A stretch of DNA of 54,835 nt, filler included, from Sphacelaria rigidula (lineage: Eukaryota), in the NCBI GenBank assembly GCA_964200075.2. It is 5 parts of 5 records of this genome, joined end to end, with 100 filler letters (N's around TTAATTAATTAA, not from the genome) between each part and the next. Parts side by side here need not be neighbours in the genome. Positions count along the whole stretch, not along the records: positions 32,964 to 43,849 come from CAXNAA020005733.1; positions 43,950 to 54,835 come from CAXNAA020005734.1; 3 more parts are not named here. One strand, given 5' to 3'. A program made the translations under genes and the position numbers. Positions 35,398 to 48,877 of the stretch are shown here, one piece after another (the first letter of the stretch is position 1; every line of letters begins with the position of its first letter). Below the pieces are notes generated by a model that did not search any database, was not told the origin of the DNA, and was given only the letters and a program-made list of their open reading frames with translations.

Positions 35398-36834
35398 GGT
35401 TACGTTAGCTGCCTGCTGTTCCTTGTGTAGAGTGCTTGGTTGTGTCTGCCGTTGTGAAAGAAAGTGATGAAAGAAAGGGGTTTGCGTTAAAATGAGGCTC
35501 ACAAGCACCTCGAAATAAAAGTCCTGGTCTCACACAAAAGCAGCGGCTTGAGTCATGTTGAGCTTTCTTCAAACTGGCCTCAAAGTGCGTGCAGACAAAG
35601 CCCAAGTTGACCCCAGACAGTGGGAAAAAACAATTATGTTGTACAATACAAACGAGAAAGCCTTCACCCACATGCAGAGGCTCACCAGTAGGGACTCGGC
35701 TATAGTCCATAGGAGCAAGAGAATGTTGTCCAAAGGTCGTTGCTTATGTCCAAAACCAGAGTGAGGGAGGGTGGTAGCGTCAACCCATCTCAGAAAGACA
35801 CATCGTACAGGTATTATCATCGGCCACGCCTTGAACCAGAAATGGAACCAAGACATGCCTGGTAATATGCACAATACAAGGAAGGCCATAAAGGTCCGGT
35901 GTAGGTGCTGACCGATAGATTCGCCTCTTATAACCTGTCGAGCGCCGGTTGATGCTATGCGGGACGATGAAAACTAAAGATCCAAATCTCAAATGAAACT
36001 CGTGCACGGTACGCAGGCGGAATCAATCATGAGTTACACCCGAAACCCTTGACCATCCGACTATATACCTTCCGGTCACATCCGTTTCGATAGACCTACT
36101 AGTAATCCTTGAGAACCGTTCCTGCAAATACTATAAAAATAGCCCAGTCTGAAGCGTGAGTCCACAGCCGCTCTCAAGGAGCTGCCAAGACACACCTTTC
36201 ACAACAACCTCCCACACCACAAAAGGGGGAAAGCAGACCAAGATAAAACAGGAGGGAGGTCGCCTGGCATCAGACGTGTTACGGCATTCAGGATCAGTGC
36301 AGGACCCGAGCGGTCGCTGGAGCCCCACTTTTATACGGTTCACTTGAAGAACCTGGAAGAGATCCACACTAAACCCTCGTCCTGATGTCCGCAAGAGCAA
36401 GGGCTCACGTTGGACCGAGTCACTGTGTATACGAAATGGTGCAACAGTCAACCCAAACCATTTCACTGCCAGAACAAAACTATGCAGCAGTCAGTTCGAA
36501 TATTCACAAGAAGTGAACATCCGATTATTATACAATTATTAATCAAGAAACGTACTCCCCAACCAAGGCTCACCGGCAAGGACTCGAGTGGTCCGCGGGG
36601 ATAAGGGTAGTCCAATTGTTGGTTAGCCAACCGAAAACCAGAGAGTGAGGACGAGGGCAAGCCAAGAGCGCCACGCCTCTACTCGAGGAACTTGAGCACA
36701 TCATGGTCATTTCACATCGAGAACCCGAAGATGGAACCGAAACGAAAGTGCTACAGAGGTAGAGACCGTTGCGGTCCTGACGACAAGATTCAACCATCTG
36801 CCGAACGTCGGCTAATATCCCGGGAACCGTGTCG

Positions 36835-37830
36835 TGTGACGACAGCAGATTGCTAGTAGTGCAGCCACTAATGCTGTTGAGGGACTCCCCAGTTCCACTG
36901 GCCTTAGATTTCAGCTGTCAGCCTTTACGACATCTAATTATTCAGGAGTACCCTCCAGGCGGCTCTGTAAACCACATCAGGGTATCACCCCTGTGTCCAT
37001 GTCATCATCCATAGCATCACTACAGATCCTAAGTCATCATCCAATCATCAATATATACTCAACGTGACGGCGTGATTTCGTCACAGCACCCCCAAAGCGC
37101 GTTGGACGAGAATCGAGCAACAAGCTTGGCACTCAGAAAACTAACGCCAAAACGAACGAGAAGCACACTCAGAATACAACTTCCCGTAACTGGGAGGCTG
37201 CAATTCTTCTCTCAGAACAAATGAGGTTACAGTTGTCTCCGCTGGCTCTATTGTCGGTACCTCTGTAGTCGATATTTCCAAGCGGACCTAATCGAAGGCT
37301 TCTGAACCTTCTCGAACCCCACAGTTCACACCTCCCTTCGTCACCGCACCAATAGTCGTGGGGTCCTATAAGCTCCCGCTGCACACAGCTCCAGCAAGTC
37401 TCCAATCTGGATCAATCACGGGTCAGTCGTCTTTGCAGCTACCTCAGCTTGAAACCTCCTCAAGCGTCCGTGAAGCAATAATGTCCTAAGCTGTCCAGAC
37501 TCCTCTCTACTAAAAAAAGTCCAGCAGTCACTAACGATAGCACAACTAGCACGACTAGCACTACCACTAATATCGATATTGTGACGACAGCAGGTTGCTA
37601 GTACTGCAGTCACTAATGCTGTTGAGGGACTCCCCAGTTCCACTGGCCTCAGGTTTCAGCTGTCAGCCTTTACAACATCTCATAACTCAGGAGTACCCTC
37701 CAGGAGGCTCCATAAACCACATCAGGTTATCACCCCTGTGTCCATGTCATCATCCATAGCATCACTACAGATCCCAAGTTACCATCCAATCATCACTACA
37801 TACTTAACGTGACGGCGTGATTTCGTCACA
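36835..37830. mobile_element. TRIM-like non-autonomous LTR retrotransposon (251-bp LTRs, 494-bp non-coding interior)
   Basis: Direct repeats at 36835-37085 and 37580-37830, both TGTGACGA...TCGTCACA; 4-bp TSD GTCG. Confidence 0.92.
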
Positions 37831-40433
37831 GTCGTCACCTATATCAACCCACCCCATCTCCGAAAATCCTATTTGCCGAACACATGAACACATGTAATGT
37901 AAGCAGACCAAGTCAACCACGAGAAACATATCCGTGATCAACCGTTGTGCATGCACAACTCGGAACCTACACTGTTCATTCTCGCATGGTCTCAAAGCAC
38001 TGCAAACATACTAAATTTAATAGCCAAAACCGTATCCAATCTGTCGCGCATGTGGAACTCAGAACTTTACATTAATCCTCACACAAAACTCAAGCGCTGT
38101 AAACAGAATGAAGCAGCAAACGAGGGGCCCTATATCGGGAAATCCATGCACCACCGCTACCCGCGGTCGAGAATGAGGTAAATGCCAAATCAATTTTTTT
38201 TTCCCATTCCTCCACTAGTATACGGAATTGAACGATCATTTAGATATCTCCGGGTTTGTCATGAAGATTATCCTCGCAGCTGTAACAAAGGTTCGTCTGG
38301 GTGGGTTAGTGTCATGAAGACGCATATTAGTCTGTTGATGCCGCTTCAGATCGTTGTCGACTCTGGCCATGGCTTGCTTTTGTTTCGGTAGACAACGCTA
38401 CAGGTCTGTTCAGAGTTGGTCGGATACGAATGTGAACCTGTATCATCACAGGGATGGCTTTGGCGTTGATCGTGCTACACGATCAAAGCCCCCCCCCATC
38501 AACCACTTTCCAACTGCTCCCCTCTGCTAGCCAGCAAAAAGAAGTCTAACCATCGGTGAGAGATATTGGCTGGTTTGGGTTGGATTGATTGAGTGGGTAC
38601 TGGAGTTAGAATCAAGATAATCAAGAGGGAAGTGAAGAACCTATCCGCGTGAACCTCGTCTGATATTTGGATGCTGAGCAAGTCACACGGTATCTACAAG
38701 TTGTAGCAGCCTGACTGTTGTACACTTGTCTGCCAAGCTTGTGACTTGGGTTGCAAGCTGTGTCCTTGTATTATACTGCCGCTTGCTCTTTTTTACATTG
38801 GCGTTTGACTAAGGAGCTTCTTCTTTGGCTATTGCATTTCTTTCTTGTACCGATTTGTATCCCTGGCTGCCAGCTGTGTACTCCAGCTTTTTGATCATTT
38901 GCCCCTTTTCCCTTCAGGACAGTTCTAGTCAAATCTACCGCCCAGGTAGTCAGTAGCTCTCGAGCTTCTGCCCCGCGTGTCTCTCGGTAAAGTGTATCCG
39001 TGCCCTGCTACTTGCAATTGCTGTAGCGCTCTACGCCACATCTTGTGTGGTCAACGTTGGTTCAACGCGCACTGCTTGCTATTCTTGCCGTGCTGTCAAT
39101 TTGACATCACCTGCACAAGGCCCAACGGTATCAGTCCCACCTGCACGACTTGTGAATCTTTTCGTGATTCACCAGCCCGACTCGACCACGGCACCAAGCC
39201 ATCGTTGGCTCGTGTATTTGGCCTTGTGCTTCCCTTTCCTTCTGCAGAATAAGTACAAGTATTCTACTACAGGTTTGTACAGAACACCAGTGCACAAAGG
39301 CGCACTGTTGTTCATAGCCAGCCGCTGTTCCTGACCTGAGCTCCTGCCAAGCCAGCACGCTGCTGCTCTTATTTTTCAGTATCGATTGTACGCGACTGTT
39401 GTATCTTTCCTTCACAAAATTACTGAACAAGTACAGACCGTGTTCACACAGTGTGATAACGGACGTCTGTACACGAAGTTTGGATTGTTCCGGCACTTTA
39501 CCTTCATTGCTCGTAGCGACCTTGTTGTTATCAAAGCTTTAGCTTCGTTGCTTGTGGCTACTTTGTTCTTTGTCCTCTTGTGTACTTCGCACAGCCGTAA
39601 GCCAACGCGGTACATCACCGTGGTAAGTAACAGTACACAGCATAACGTACTGTGAGTTTTTTCTCCTTTGACCTCTTCTCAAACGAACAATTTTATTGTT
39701 CCGAGACTGTTTCGTTGAAACACTACTAGTTGAAACATTTCAACCTCCGTTACGTGCTCATTTGAACAGACAGCACTCGAAGTCGGTGCCCTTGCCTGTG
39801 CACTATATTTTTTTCGGCACCCGCTCCCAGCGTTGCCCCTGTTGTGCATCACATCACCTTTGTTCCACATACATACGTTGTCTCAACTTCGTTGGATAAC
39901 AAGCCTTCGCTCTGCACTACGCAGTCCGAGCTCGCGGTCTACAACCCAAGCTTTGTAAAAGTTTTTGTGCTGCCTTACGCTGCACAGTTTTCGTGCGCAT
40001 CTGAGAAGATATATCTATATTTTTAGTTCTTTTCATTTGCACACCGCCAGTCGTTCCTCAACTTGTGCTGGGATCATACGGTTATAGTCTGCCCGTGACG
40101 CTACATCCGGAACACGTGTAAGCTGTTCTTCCACGTACCAACGCTGCTACAGACACTCGGGTCTTCGCTTGTCTTCGGCGACATACGCCCGTTCTGCGCA
40201 CAACCCCGTGCTAGCTATTACCGCCACAACTTGAATAAAGTTGTATTAATCAGACCCCGGACATAGTTGTTACAAACCGCAACTCGCTTGAATAAATTAC
40301 TCGAGTGAATCAGGTCCCACGGTCCCCTCAGGCGCTATTAGGCCTCATTATCCAGTATTTTCCGGATCAAGCTTGGGCTTCTGCACGTAGCATCACCCGG
40401 GGTCAAACTACTGGCGGTTCGAAATCTTTCAAG

Positions 40434-43400
40434 ATGAGTGGCACTCCACCTTCAACACATCGCCGCACGTATGCGAGCGCTGTTCGTTCTTCGGGATCTG
40501 AATACCAACATTCGAGTGAAGCTCATTCTTCAATGCTTGAAGACCAGACTTTGACGCCGAGACCTGTTCTCTCACGTTCCGACCCGGACTCAGAGAACAT
40601 GGTAGTGCACCCGGCCGAGTCATTGGTTCCTGACGCGCATGTCAGTGAGCCCATAACGGTGGACTCCGTCGCACACCCCTCGCTGGCCCCTGCTCCCCCG
40701 AATCCCAATGTGAAATCCGGAGTTAGGATTGTGCCCTCAGTCGAGTCGTTGCCCCTGGACACACGTGTCCAGCTCGGCCCTGTCACGGTTGCTTCGTCGC
40801 TTGACGGCTGACAACTCTCGAGACGATTCTGTCCCGACGAAGCGCATCGCTTCTGGAACAGGAGACTTTGTCACACGCGCTGCTTCCGTTACGGACCCCC
40901 TTCGCACGACTCTTGATAGTCCCATGCGCCCTACTGCGCAGTCTAATGTCGGACCTGCAGTTGCGGCCATGCATGCTGCCATGCAAACTCTGCATCGCAC
41001 CTCCTCGGCGTCATCGCCATCACCAGCGCCAGCTCTCATCGAGGCATTTACGGCTTTATGCCACGCCACGCTCCAAGATCAGTCGGCGTCTGCTCATGTG
41101 CAATTCAATGATCATTCTGCACCTGCCACGCCCAAACCCGTACGTCTGGCGACCCGTTCGGCGACATTGCGTCCTCCGTTCGTCACTCATGATAAATTCA
41201 ACGAACATGGGTCCAGCCCTTCCTCAACGTCGCAGCAGAGCCATACTCGCGCTTCTGACCGGCGCCGCACACCGAGAGTTGGTCATGACCATGTCTCCCG
41301 TTCTAGCAGTTCTAAGGGCCACTCCCAGCAAAGCTTAAACTCATCACGCGCTTCCACACGCCCGAAGAATATCGCTCATGGGCACAAATATGAAGGTACT
41401 TCGCGCCATAGTTACAATTCATCCCGCGCTCCCAAGCGCCCGGTGAACACTAACCATGGCCGTACACACGACGAGGCCTTGCGGCCCAGATCAAGTTCTT
41501 CGCGCGTTAACTCGCGCTTGAACAACTCCGATCATGCACCTTCGCGCATCTCTACTGCTCAGTCTTTGTCGCACAACCGTTATGTACGCAATGATAACAC
41601 TGTGCATTCTGACGATACCCGAAGCATATTTTCGGACATGTCGCCGGCTCCGGAATCCTCACTTGCAGAATCCGACCGCACTTCATCGCACAACCGACGA
41701 CAACGCACTGACCGCGAACCACCGGCTCGTTCCGACGCTGCGCTTATTCGTTCTCTGCAACAACGTTTGACAGATCTCGAACGGTAACTCGCAACAGCAA
41801 CCATGGACACCAAGTGCACTACCGCTGCTGCCAAGCCTACGAGGGAGACCACCAACGCCGCTCCCACTACCGCCGCAGCCGCCACTACCGTGGTCACTGC
41901 GCCTTCTGCCGCAGCCACTGCAGCCACGGCTCCAACTCCTGCTGCCGCCCAGCCTGCAGTAGACACTGATGCGGATAGTGGTCTCACCACTGCCCCTGTC
42001 GGGGACGTCTCCGTGCGCTCGCCTCCTTCGGTGGAGGATCTTCCTCCGCTCGGCGACGAGCATTGCCCCACCGGGCTTCTCTTGAGATTATTCCAGGACC
42101 ACCCCCGCGCGGAACAAGAACAGCTCATTCAAGACTATAAGTACCAAGCCCCGGCGCTACCTCGCAATATACTAGACCAGCAACGCAATGCTGACGAGGC
42201 TGCCGCCCGACTCATTTTGCAGGAACATGCTGCAAAGCTGAAGGGTTTTCAGCGACAGGCTTCACTTGCCCTAGCCACCCAAACGGCGGCGCACAGGGCA
42301 TTGCAGGAAGGGCAGACTGCAGCCTTGACGGCACAAAGGAGGGTTCGCGAGCTACAAGATCATGTTCGGCGCACTACGCAAAAAGCAGATTCGTTGATGG
42401 CGCGGGTGACTCAGCATCAAGCCTCCCCGCCGCCTTCCGCCGACCACTTGCTTGAAGCTCGACCTCCTCGACAGCCCACGAAGACCAGGTCGGACTACGT
42501 GATTCCATGTAAGTCCGACAGGGCGTCATCTGTCGCGGCCGTCGCCGCCCCCACGCCGCCTCGTGCACCTGGCCCGGCGGTCACTGCCAGCCCCCCCACA
42601 CGCTTGCAACTTGTGTCTCACGAACGAGACTGGCTTTGTTGTCCTGTGTTGACCTATACCGGTCCCTTCGACCGGCGAAACCACCTGCACTGCTCCCCAA
42701 CCGCATGGGCCTTGATATCCCAACGTATTTTCTACACGGTTGGGTTGTATGTCGAACAGAACGACTTCCTCCCCAAGCCAGGTGTCTCGGTGCTCACCTT
42801 GGACCAACTAGTTTTGCAGACTACCGTTGGCGATCACCGGGACCACCACAGTTACGTTGAAGCGGTCGAGGAACTTTTTGCGGCGCTTCGCGCTGCCTAC
42901 AACACTCATCCCGGCGCTACCCTCAACGGAGACGAAGATGAAGATGGGTGGACTCCCGCAACATCCAACTGCCGGGGGCAGAAGAAAAATCACCGCCGCG
43001 ACGACGATGATACCGATGGAGGGAATTCACGCCGCCGCCATGGCGGTGGAGAATCTTCTTCAAGCAGTTCCGGACCGAACCCTCCGCCCCGCAAGCCGAA
43101 AGGCAAGCACACTGGAGGCAACTCTTCCGGATCATCGGCATCGGCCTGGAACCGGTCCGGTGCAGCTCTTCCCGCCTCGGGCTCGGAGACCCCCAGGCAA
43201 GTGGTTCCTAAGTTGGCTGATGTTTCGGCCCGCATTTTAGGTTTGTTCGATACGGATACACCTGACCGTCCTTTGTCCTCTACTGCAGCCCGCGCTTCAG
43301 CAACCGCCGCGGCTGACGAAGAACGTTCGGAAGCTCGCAAAAAAGTAGCTTCCGATAGAGCTGAGTCTGCCCGAGTAGCTGCAATACAAAAACAGTATAT

Positions 43401-43800
43401 TCAGATGGATGTGAAAACACTCTGGCACATAAAAACCATGCCTTCCGCGGATAACGAAGATTCGGGTCAGTTTATTTCTGCCCTCATCACGTCCATCCGC
43501 CGCACTGTTTGTAACATCCTTCACTTGGCGGATGTGACTGGCACACAACGTTTCGAAGATTCCGACTGGGTAGAGGGCTGGCAGACCCCCTTGCATAAAG
43601 CAATGCATCGATCGATCAGTCGCCGCTCTCCCGACCTCGCTGCTTCTCTGACTCAGGTTCTCGACGGATGCCTCGCCGAGATGGACCCGGATCGTGCCAA
43701 GGGGAAGACAGGCCCGGTATTACTCTTTGATTTGGAGAGGCGTTTGATCGGTTACTTCGATAAGAGTGACCAGGCTAATGCCATCCAGAGGCTGAGTTCT
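40434..43800 (+). pseudogene. Very long gag/ORF1 of a Gypsy element related to the 13924-21692 copy
   Basis: About 1,120 codons with one frameshift (near 40800) and one in-frame stop (41785). The C-terminal block is clearly homologous to 13924-14180. Truncated near the contig end. Confidence 0.8.
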
Positions 43801-43849
43801 ATAGCCTCTGCCAGGCGATCTGGACAAGAGGGCTATTCAGTGAGGGACT

Positions 43850-43949
43850 NNNNNNNNNNNNNNNNNNNNNNNNNNNNNNNNNNNNNNNNNNNNTTAATTA
43901 ATTAANNNNNNNNNNNNNNNNNNNNNNNNNNNNNNNNNNNNNNNNNNNN
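43850..43949. other. Artificial contig linker
   Basis: N/TTAATTAATTAA/N, 100 bp. Confidence 0.98.
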
Positions 43950-45403
43950 AAAAACAAAAAAAACACAAAACAATACACCCCCCCCCCCCCGCCCCCCCAA
44001 AGCGTGCACATCGCCGTCATGCGCTATGTACCTGCACAGTCGATACTTCCCGCCAAAAATAACAAAAAATACTGCTTGGTACAAAACAATAATCACGTGC
44101 AATTTGTAAATTGTGTGCAGCACGGCACTTTCTTCAACCCGTAACTACTACAAACGTTGTATTTCCCCATTGATTGGTTGGCTAAATGTGGCACTTCAAC
44201 TGATCAGCTCAGGAGATGGGCGTACCCGAGGCGAGGAATTGACAACACTTGCCAGAGGAAGCTGGCAAAGAGGAAAGGTGAAGAGAAGAAAGAGTGACAA
44301 GCGAGAGGGACCTGGATAGAGGAAACTTGTTGTTGAAAATGGAAAAAAAAAAAAGGAAACGGGAGAAAACGGGAGGAAGGGAAGGAAACGTACGCATAAA
44401 AGGAAAGGAATAACGATGTATAAAAATACTTGCTGCTTGGCTTCGGGTAGGCCGTCCCAAAACAAGCCCGTGCAGTCAGGTCGAGACAAAGCTATGCGCG
44501 GGGCATATCATTTAAACAGGAAGTGTCACCGCCATCTCTGCCCAAGCGAGATACATTGATACGAGTGGGGGAAAGGAGGTGAGAGGTAGAGTGACGGGGG
44601 AAAACCGTGAAGAAGAGGATGAAAATAAGAGAACGACAGACGAACGAGAGGAGGAGAACAAGGGGGCACTCAATATCATGCATGCCATAGTCATATGATC
44701 ATTGACCTCGCATCCCTGCAAAGCCGGGACGGAGCGCGCCGGGTGTTCCCCGGACCAGGCTAGCAATCTAACATCAAGCGCGAAGTGCCGTGGTGTGCTC
44801 GGCGAGTCGCATGAAGGGTGAGCTGCACCCTGCTGAGATAGTTCCGCCCGAAGCGTACCGATTATCTTGCATTTGGATGACAGCCAACAATAAGTTGCTT
44901 CAATATCTGGCATCGCCACTTCCAGAGACAGCCATGGCTGTACACTGCCTCACGGGTATCTCATCGTTTGAATACTGTGTAGTACGATCATCTCATTCTC
45001 GTGGAGCTGATTTTTTCCACCCCACAAAATATGATCTAGCCTGGCCACCATCATGGTTATGCCGCAAAAAAGACGCAAGCTTGCCAGAAATAGAGTAACC
45101 TGGTTGCCTTGCGGGGGGATAAAACAAAAATGGGAGGGAAAAAGAGAAGGAACCCGGTAACAACGAAGTCTATTAACAGGAAACAGGACAGGGAATAGCC
45201 CTTCCCATCAAGTAGCGATGTTCTACGAACAATTATTCCGTCAGTAAGCAGCTGACTCGTGCGGGATTCGTTAAGTTGAACTTCGGTAGTCACTCGAGAG
45301 ACCATAGCTTACTGAAGGACACGTACGTGAAATTATGACATCTCGAGTCAAATACACCAGATCAACTGCTCTCCCCCCACCCTGCTGACCAACGTTAACT
45401 TGC

Positions 45404-45551
45404 CTCCACCTCGAGGTTGATACCGGGGTTTGATCGCCGATGGTACGCTGCCAAAAATATCCACACCGAGTAGGTAGCAATCGCCACTATTAGGGACACC
45501 CACAGAAATGTGGCTCGCCGTTTGTGTTGTGGGACAACCTCATCCGGCGCC
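45404..45551 (-). CDS. Candidate exon encoding a transmembrane helix (unknown membrane protein, possibly a pseudogene)
   Basis: Polypyrimidine tract and CCAG acceptor, then APDEVVPQHKRRATFLWVSLIVAIATYSVWIFLAAYHRRSNPGINLEVE, followed by GCAAGT (possible GC donor). Confidence 0.35.
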
Positions 45552-46059
45552 CTGGAGGGAACAGGGGCACGCAATATGATTGGAAAGAAGGAATGAGAAC
45601 AGTAAGCCGACAACAAGAACAACATAACGCCTGCGCGAATCCTTGTTAACTGAAAGCATCAATGTTACGATTATTTTACAAATAATATTTTCATGTTCGT
45701 GTTCCTCAGTGTTGTGCTGGTGACAAGGTCACCTTGGCTATCGTTCTCTGTCAAAACAAGACACGGCGAAGTCAACAAAGCCAATCAGGCATTTCATCCT
45801 CGATATACGGGTAAACAGTTGTTGGTCGCACTCCAAACCCTCCCTCTTCCTCGGGACGAGCCCGTGGTCTAATGGTCTAATGAACTCAAGGGATCGACCC
45901 ATCTCTCCCCGATACATGCCTTGCATTTTGATCTCGTGGATTGGGTCAGCACTCCAGCACCGCGTCAACTCTCGTAAAACAAACTCAGTCAAGTACTTCT
46001 TGTCTACTCACGTCCTCACGGTTTCGATGGTGGAAATCTGATACTTGGAAGAAAAAACT

Positions 46060-46132
46060 CAACGCATATGGCGGAAATCGAACCCACGTTTTCTCCACTC
46101 CAACGGTGACAGTCCGACCATCAGATCATACG
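46060..46132 (-). mobile_element. tRNA-like SINE head or tRNA pseudogene
   Basis: Reverse complement TGATCTGATGG...GTGGGTTCGATTTCC gives A/B-box-like motifs; no intact cloverleaf. Confidence 0.4.
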
Positions 46133-47233
46133 TGTGTGTAGAGAGCCTCGAAGGGCACGTCCTCGAAGAACTCGGACTCAATTGTAGTCTGGAAACATCT
46201 TCCACTCTGTCATCCCAGACGCGGTAGCAGCACAACCTCGCTGTATGAAACTCGGCTTAACTATTTTGCACTTGCAAGTAGTGCTAGCTAGGAGCCGTCA
46301 TGTGGGGTCAATATTTTGCCCATAACCTCAGTTTCTAGTGAGATATTCGCCGGTCGTGCTATCAACTTCCACTCCCCGTTACAAACTCACGGCAGGGGTA
46401 TATCACAACAACACTTCATGGCGTTGATATCTCTGTCTTAGCTATTCAGTGCAACTTGAACTGTCTAACTTGGCAGCGTGTGAGTGCGATATCAACTGTC
46501 AACTATGTGCACGGTGTTTGAGCGGAGAAGATGCGGTCGAAACAGTCACTAAAAACAAGATACCATGCGTCGTGGTGTAGCCGAACATGGTTCTTGTTGT
46601 TTTCGAGTACAAGCTCTCTGGGTCTCGCACTGCAACTACGAGAGGTATCTCAAACTCGAGGTTCTCGGTATATTTAACAGTGAATTGCTGTCAAGTATAC
46701 CGGGACCCTCGAGATGAGATACCTCTATGGTGTGGTGTACAGGTTTGGTGCATATTGTTGTTGGGACAGGTGCTTGAAATTTCACGTGAGAAACGTATTC
46801 GATACCCAGACGCCCACCCCGGGGTCAAATGGTTCATTTTTTTCTCTTGGTGTGCAGTGCTACTGTAGTTGTTGTACTACTGCCGGTCGTTTAACGCGGT
46901 GTGCTTGCGCGTTTTGTGCTGTGTGCACTGCAACATAGTGCTACACTGTGGGCAGTCGGATGCTCGCATCGGTATTCTATCAGAAGAAACAGGTCGTAAC
47001 CGATTGCCGTGACATCGTCGGATCGCGAATCAATCACTCGATCCAAGACCTAGATGGGTGCTGCTACGTCGTGCTCGTTTTTAGCAGCGATGCATCCTCG
47101 AGATTTTTCATGTATTTGTACATTTATCATGGACAGGGTGCGGCTTGGTCTGTTTGGTCCCTCAAACACTCAGCTTTGTGCCCGTGTAATGCGTGGGAGG
47201 ACCGCGTGCGTTTTGGACTGCATTGGACTATAA

Positions 47234-47475
47234 CCCCGTTGGAACCGTTGATGGAAAAGTGACGAATTACGATTCATGTATTCTTGGGCAAGATATGGTT
47301 GTTTTCCTACAGCTGTTGATGATGCGGCCCACCAAAACGATGCACCACTCCAAGTTCAAGTATACTATTGTGACAGATTCGTGCGTCGAACTCGAAGTGA
47401 CGTTTTCCCGGTGACGAAAAGCTCGGATGTGGAAGTTTGTAAATCGTCACTTTTCCGTCAACGGTTCCAAAAGGG
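47234..47475. mobile_element. 242-bp piggyBac-type MITE
   Basis: ATAA|CCCCGTTGGAACCGTTGATGGAAAAGTGACGA...TCGTCACTTTTCCGTCAACGGTTCCAAAAGGG|TTAA. Confidence 0.85.
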
Positions 47476-47479
47476 TTAA

Positions 47480-47577
47480 CCCTTAGACCGCGAGGGTAGT
47501 CTTGTGTTGAATCGGCATCAATTGCAAGTGAAAAAAAGTATGCATGGTCTAGAAAGACTAATCTCGCGGTCTAAGGG
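47480..47577. mobile_element. 98-bp piggyBac-type MITE, inverted relative to 6162-6259
   Basis: TTAA|CCCTTAGACCGCGAG...CTCGCGGTCTAAGGG|TTGA. Confidence 0.9.
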
Positions 47578-48877
47578 TTGAGCACCCCTATGTTTTGGGT
47601 CAGGGTTAGAGTTAGTTTCGGGGTTGGGGTCAGGGGCACACCCCTGCAAGGACGGGCCCGATCGGCCTTGAAAAACGGCGATCCTGGCGTGTTACTACGA
47701 TGCGGCCCAAACGCATGCGGTCCTCCTACGCATTACACCCGTTCCGGTCTCGCGAGTTCGGCTTGTGTTTGGTCAGTTCCGGCACATTTGGAGGTGAAAA
47801 TTTCGCTTGCCTCTGACCTCAGTAACTCCGCCTTCGGGGAGCGGGGGTCAAATCCCAAACCCCTACGCTACGTACCTTTATCGGGTACTATTTCTCACTA
47901 TTATTTGCCATTTCCAATTTCGTCCATTTCCATATGAACATATATTTTCATTTTTGAGGTTGCCCTGGCCTCAGGCTGCGATTCGGATGTATGGCACATT
48001 TGGGATTCAGAACAGCATTCCATTTGCGGCATATACAACTGCGAAAGCCACATTGTGTATGGGCATAACAAGCACCTGTACACACGTAAACCGGAGGACC
48101 GTATGTTACAGTTAACTTGTCTGCCAACCCGTGAGCGATCCCGACATCCTCACACCTTTACAGACGAATCTGGTGCCCTAGATAACGGGATCCTACGGTT
48201 GGGAGAGCTCAGTATTCTGGAGCACTTGTAAGGCTCATATTTGTCAGGTTTGGGTTTTTAGAAATCTTCATATTTTGGAGAGCTCCAAACATTCCATCAT
48301 TATCGAGTTCTGCCGCTGCCGCTAGGTATCTCGTTACAGCGACAGTGCTGATCTTTTCATTGGCTTTCCTCCGCCGGCAAAATGAAGGACAGGATGATGC
48401 TGCCTGCCTGTGTATGGCGTTCAGAACTACGGTAAATATCTCTCTCGCAACCCCCGCTGTGAAACGGGGGGGGCAGTCGGAAAGGCAAGAGCGTGATCGA
48501 CCGGCCCTCCCGGAATGCAGTAGCAGCACACATAAATAAAAAGACCGACTATAGAAAGCTGCGTGCAATATTTTCAGCAATCTTGCTTCGTGTCACTTGT
48601 ACGTGCAGGTACACCCACCACACCGCCAGCTACAGACTTTATATCACTGCGGGTGAGGATGTCCCCTTGCATGGGAACCACCTGAACGCGGCGCAAATTA
48701 CCGTCCCCCATCTACGAACTGACGCGCTTTCACGCCGCATCCCATATGTTATAACACCACTCCACGCCCAGATGACATTAATATCCCGATACACACAGCA
48801 AATGCAGAGAAAATTCAAGTTGCTCTGTGTAGCTGACACACATACCTACCAACGGGTTCAAGTTATGGCGTGGACTC

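Noticed and set aside
47590-47640. Telomere-like GGGTTA/GGGTCA run
   Set aside because: Short and degenerate; not a telomeric array.
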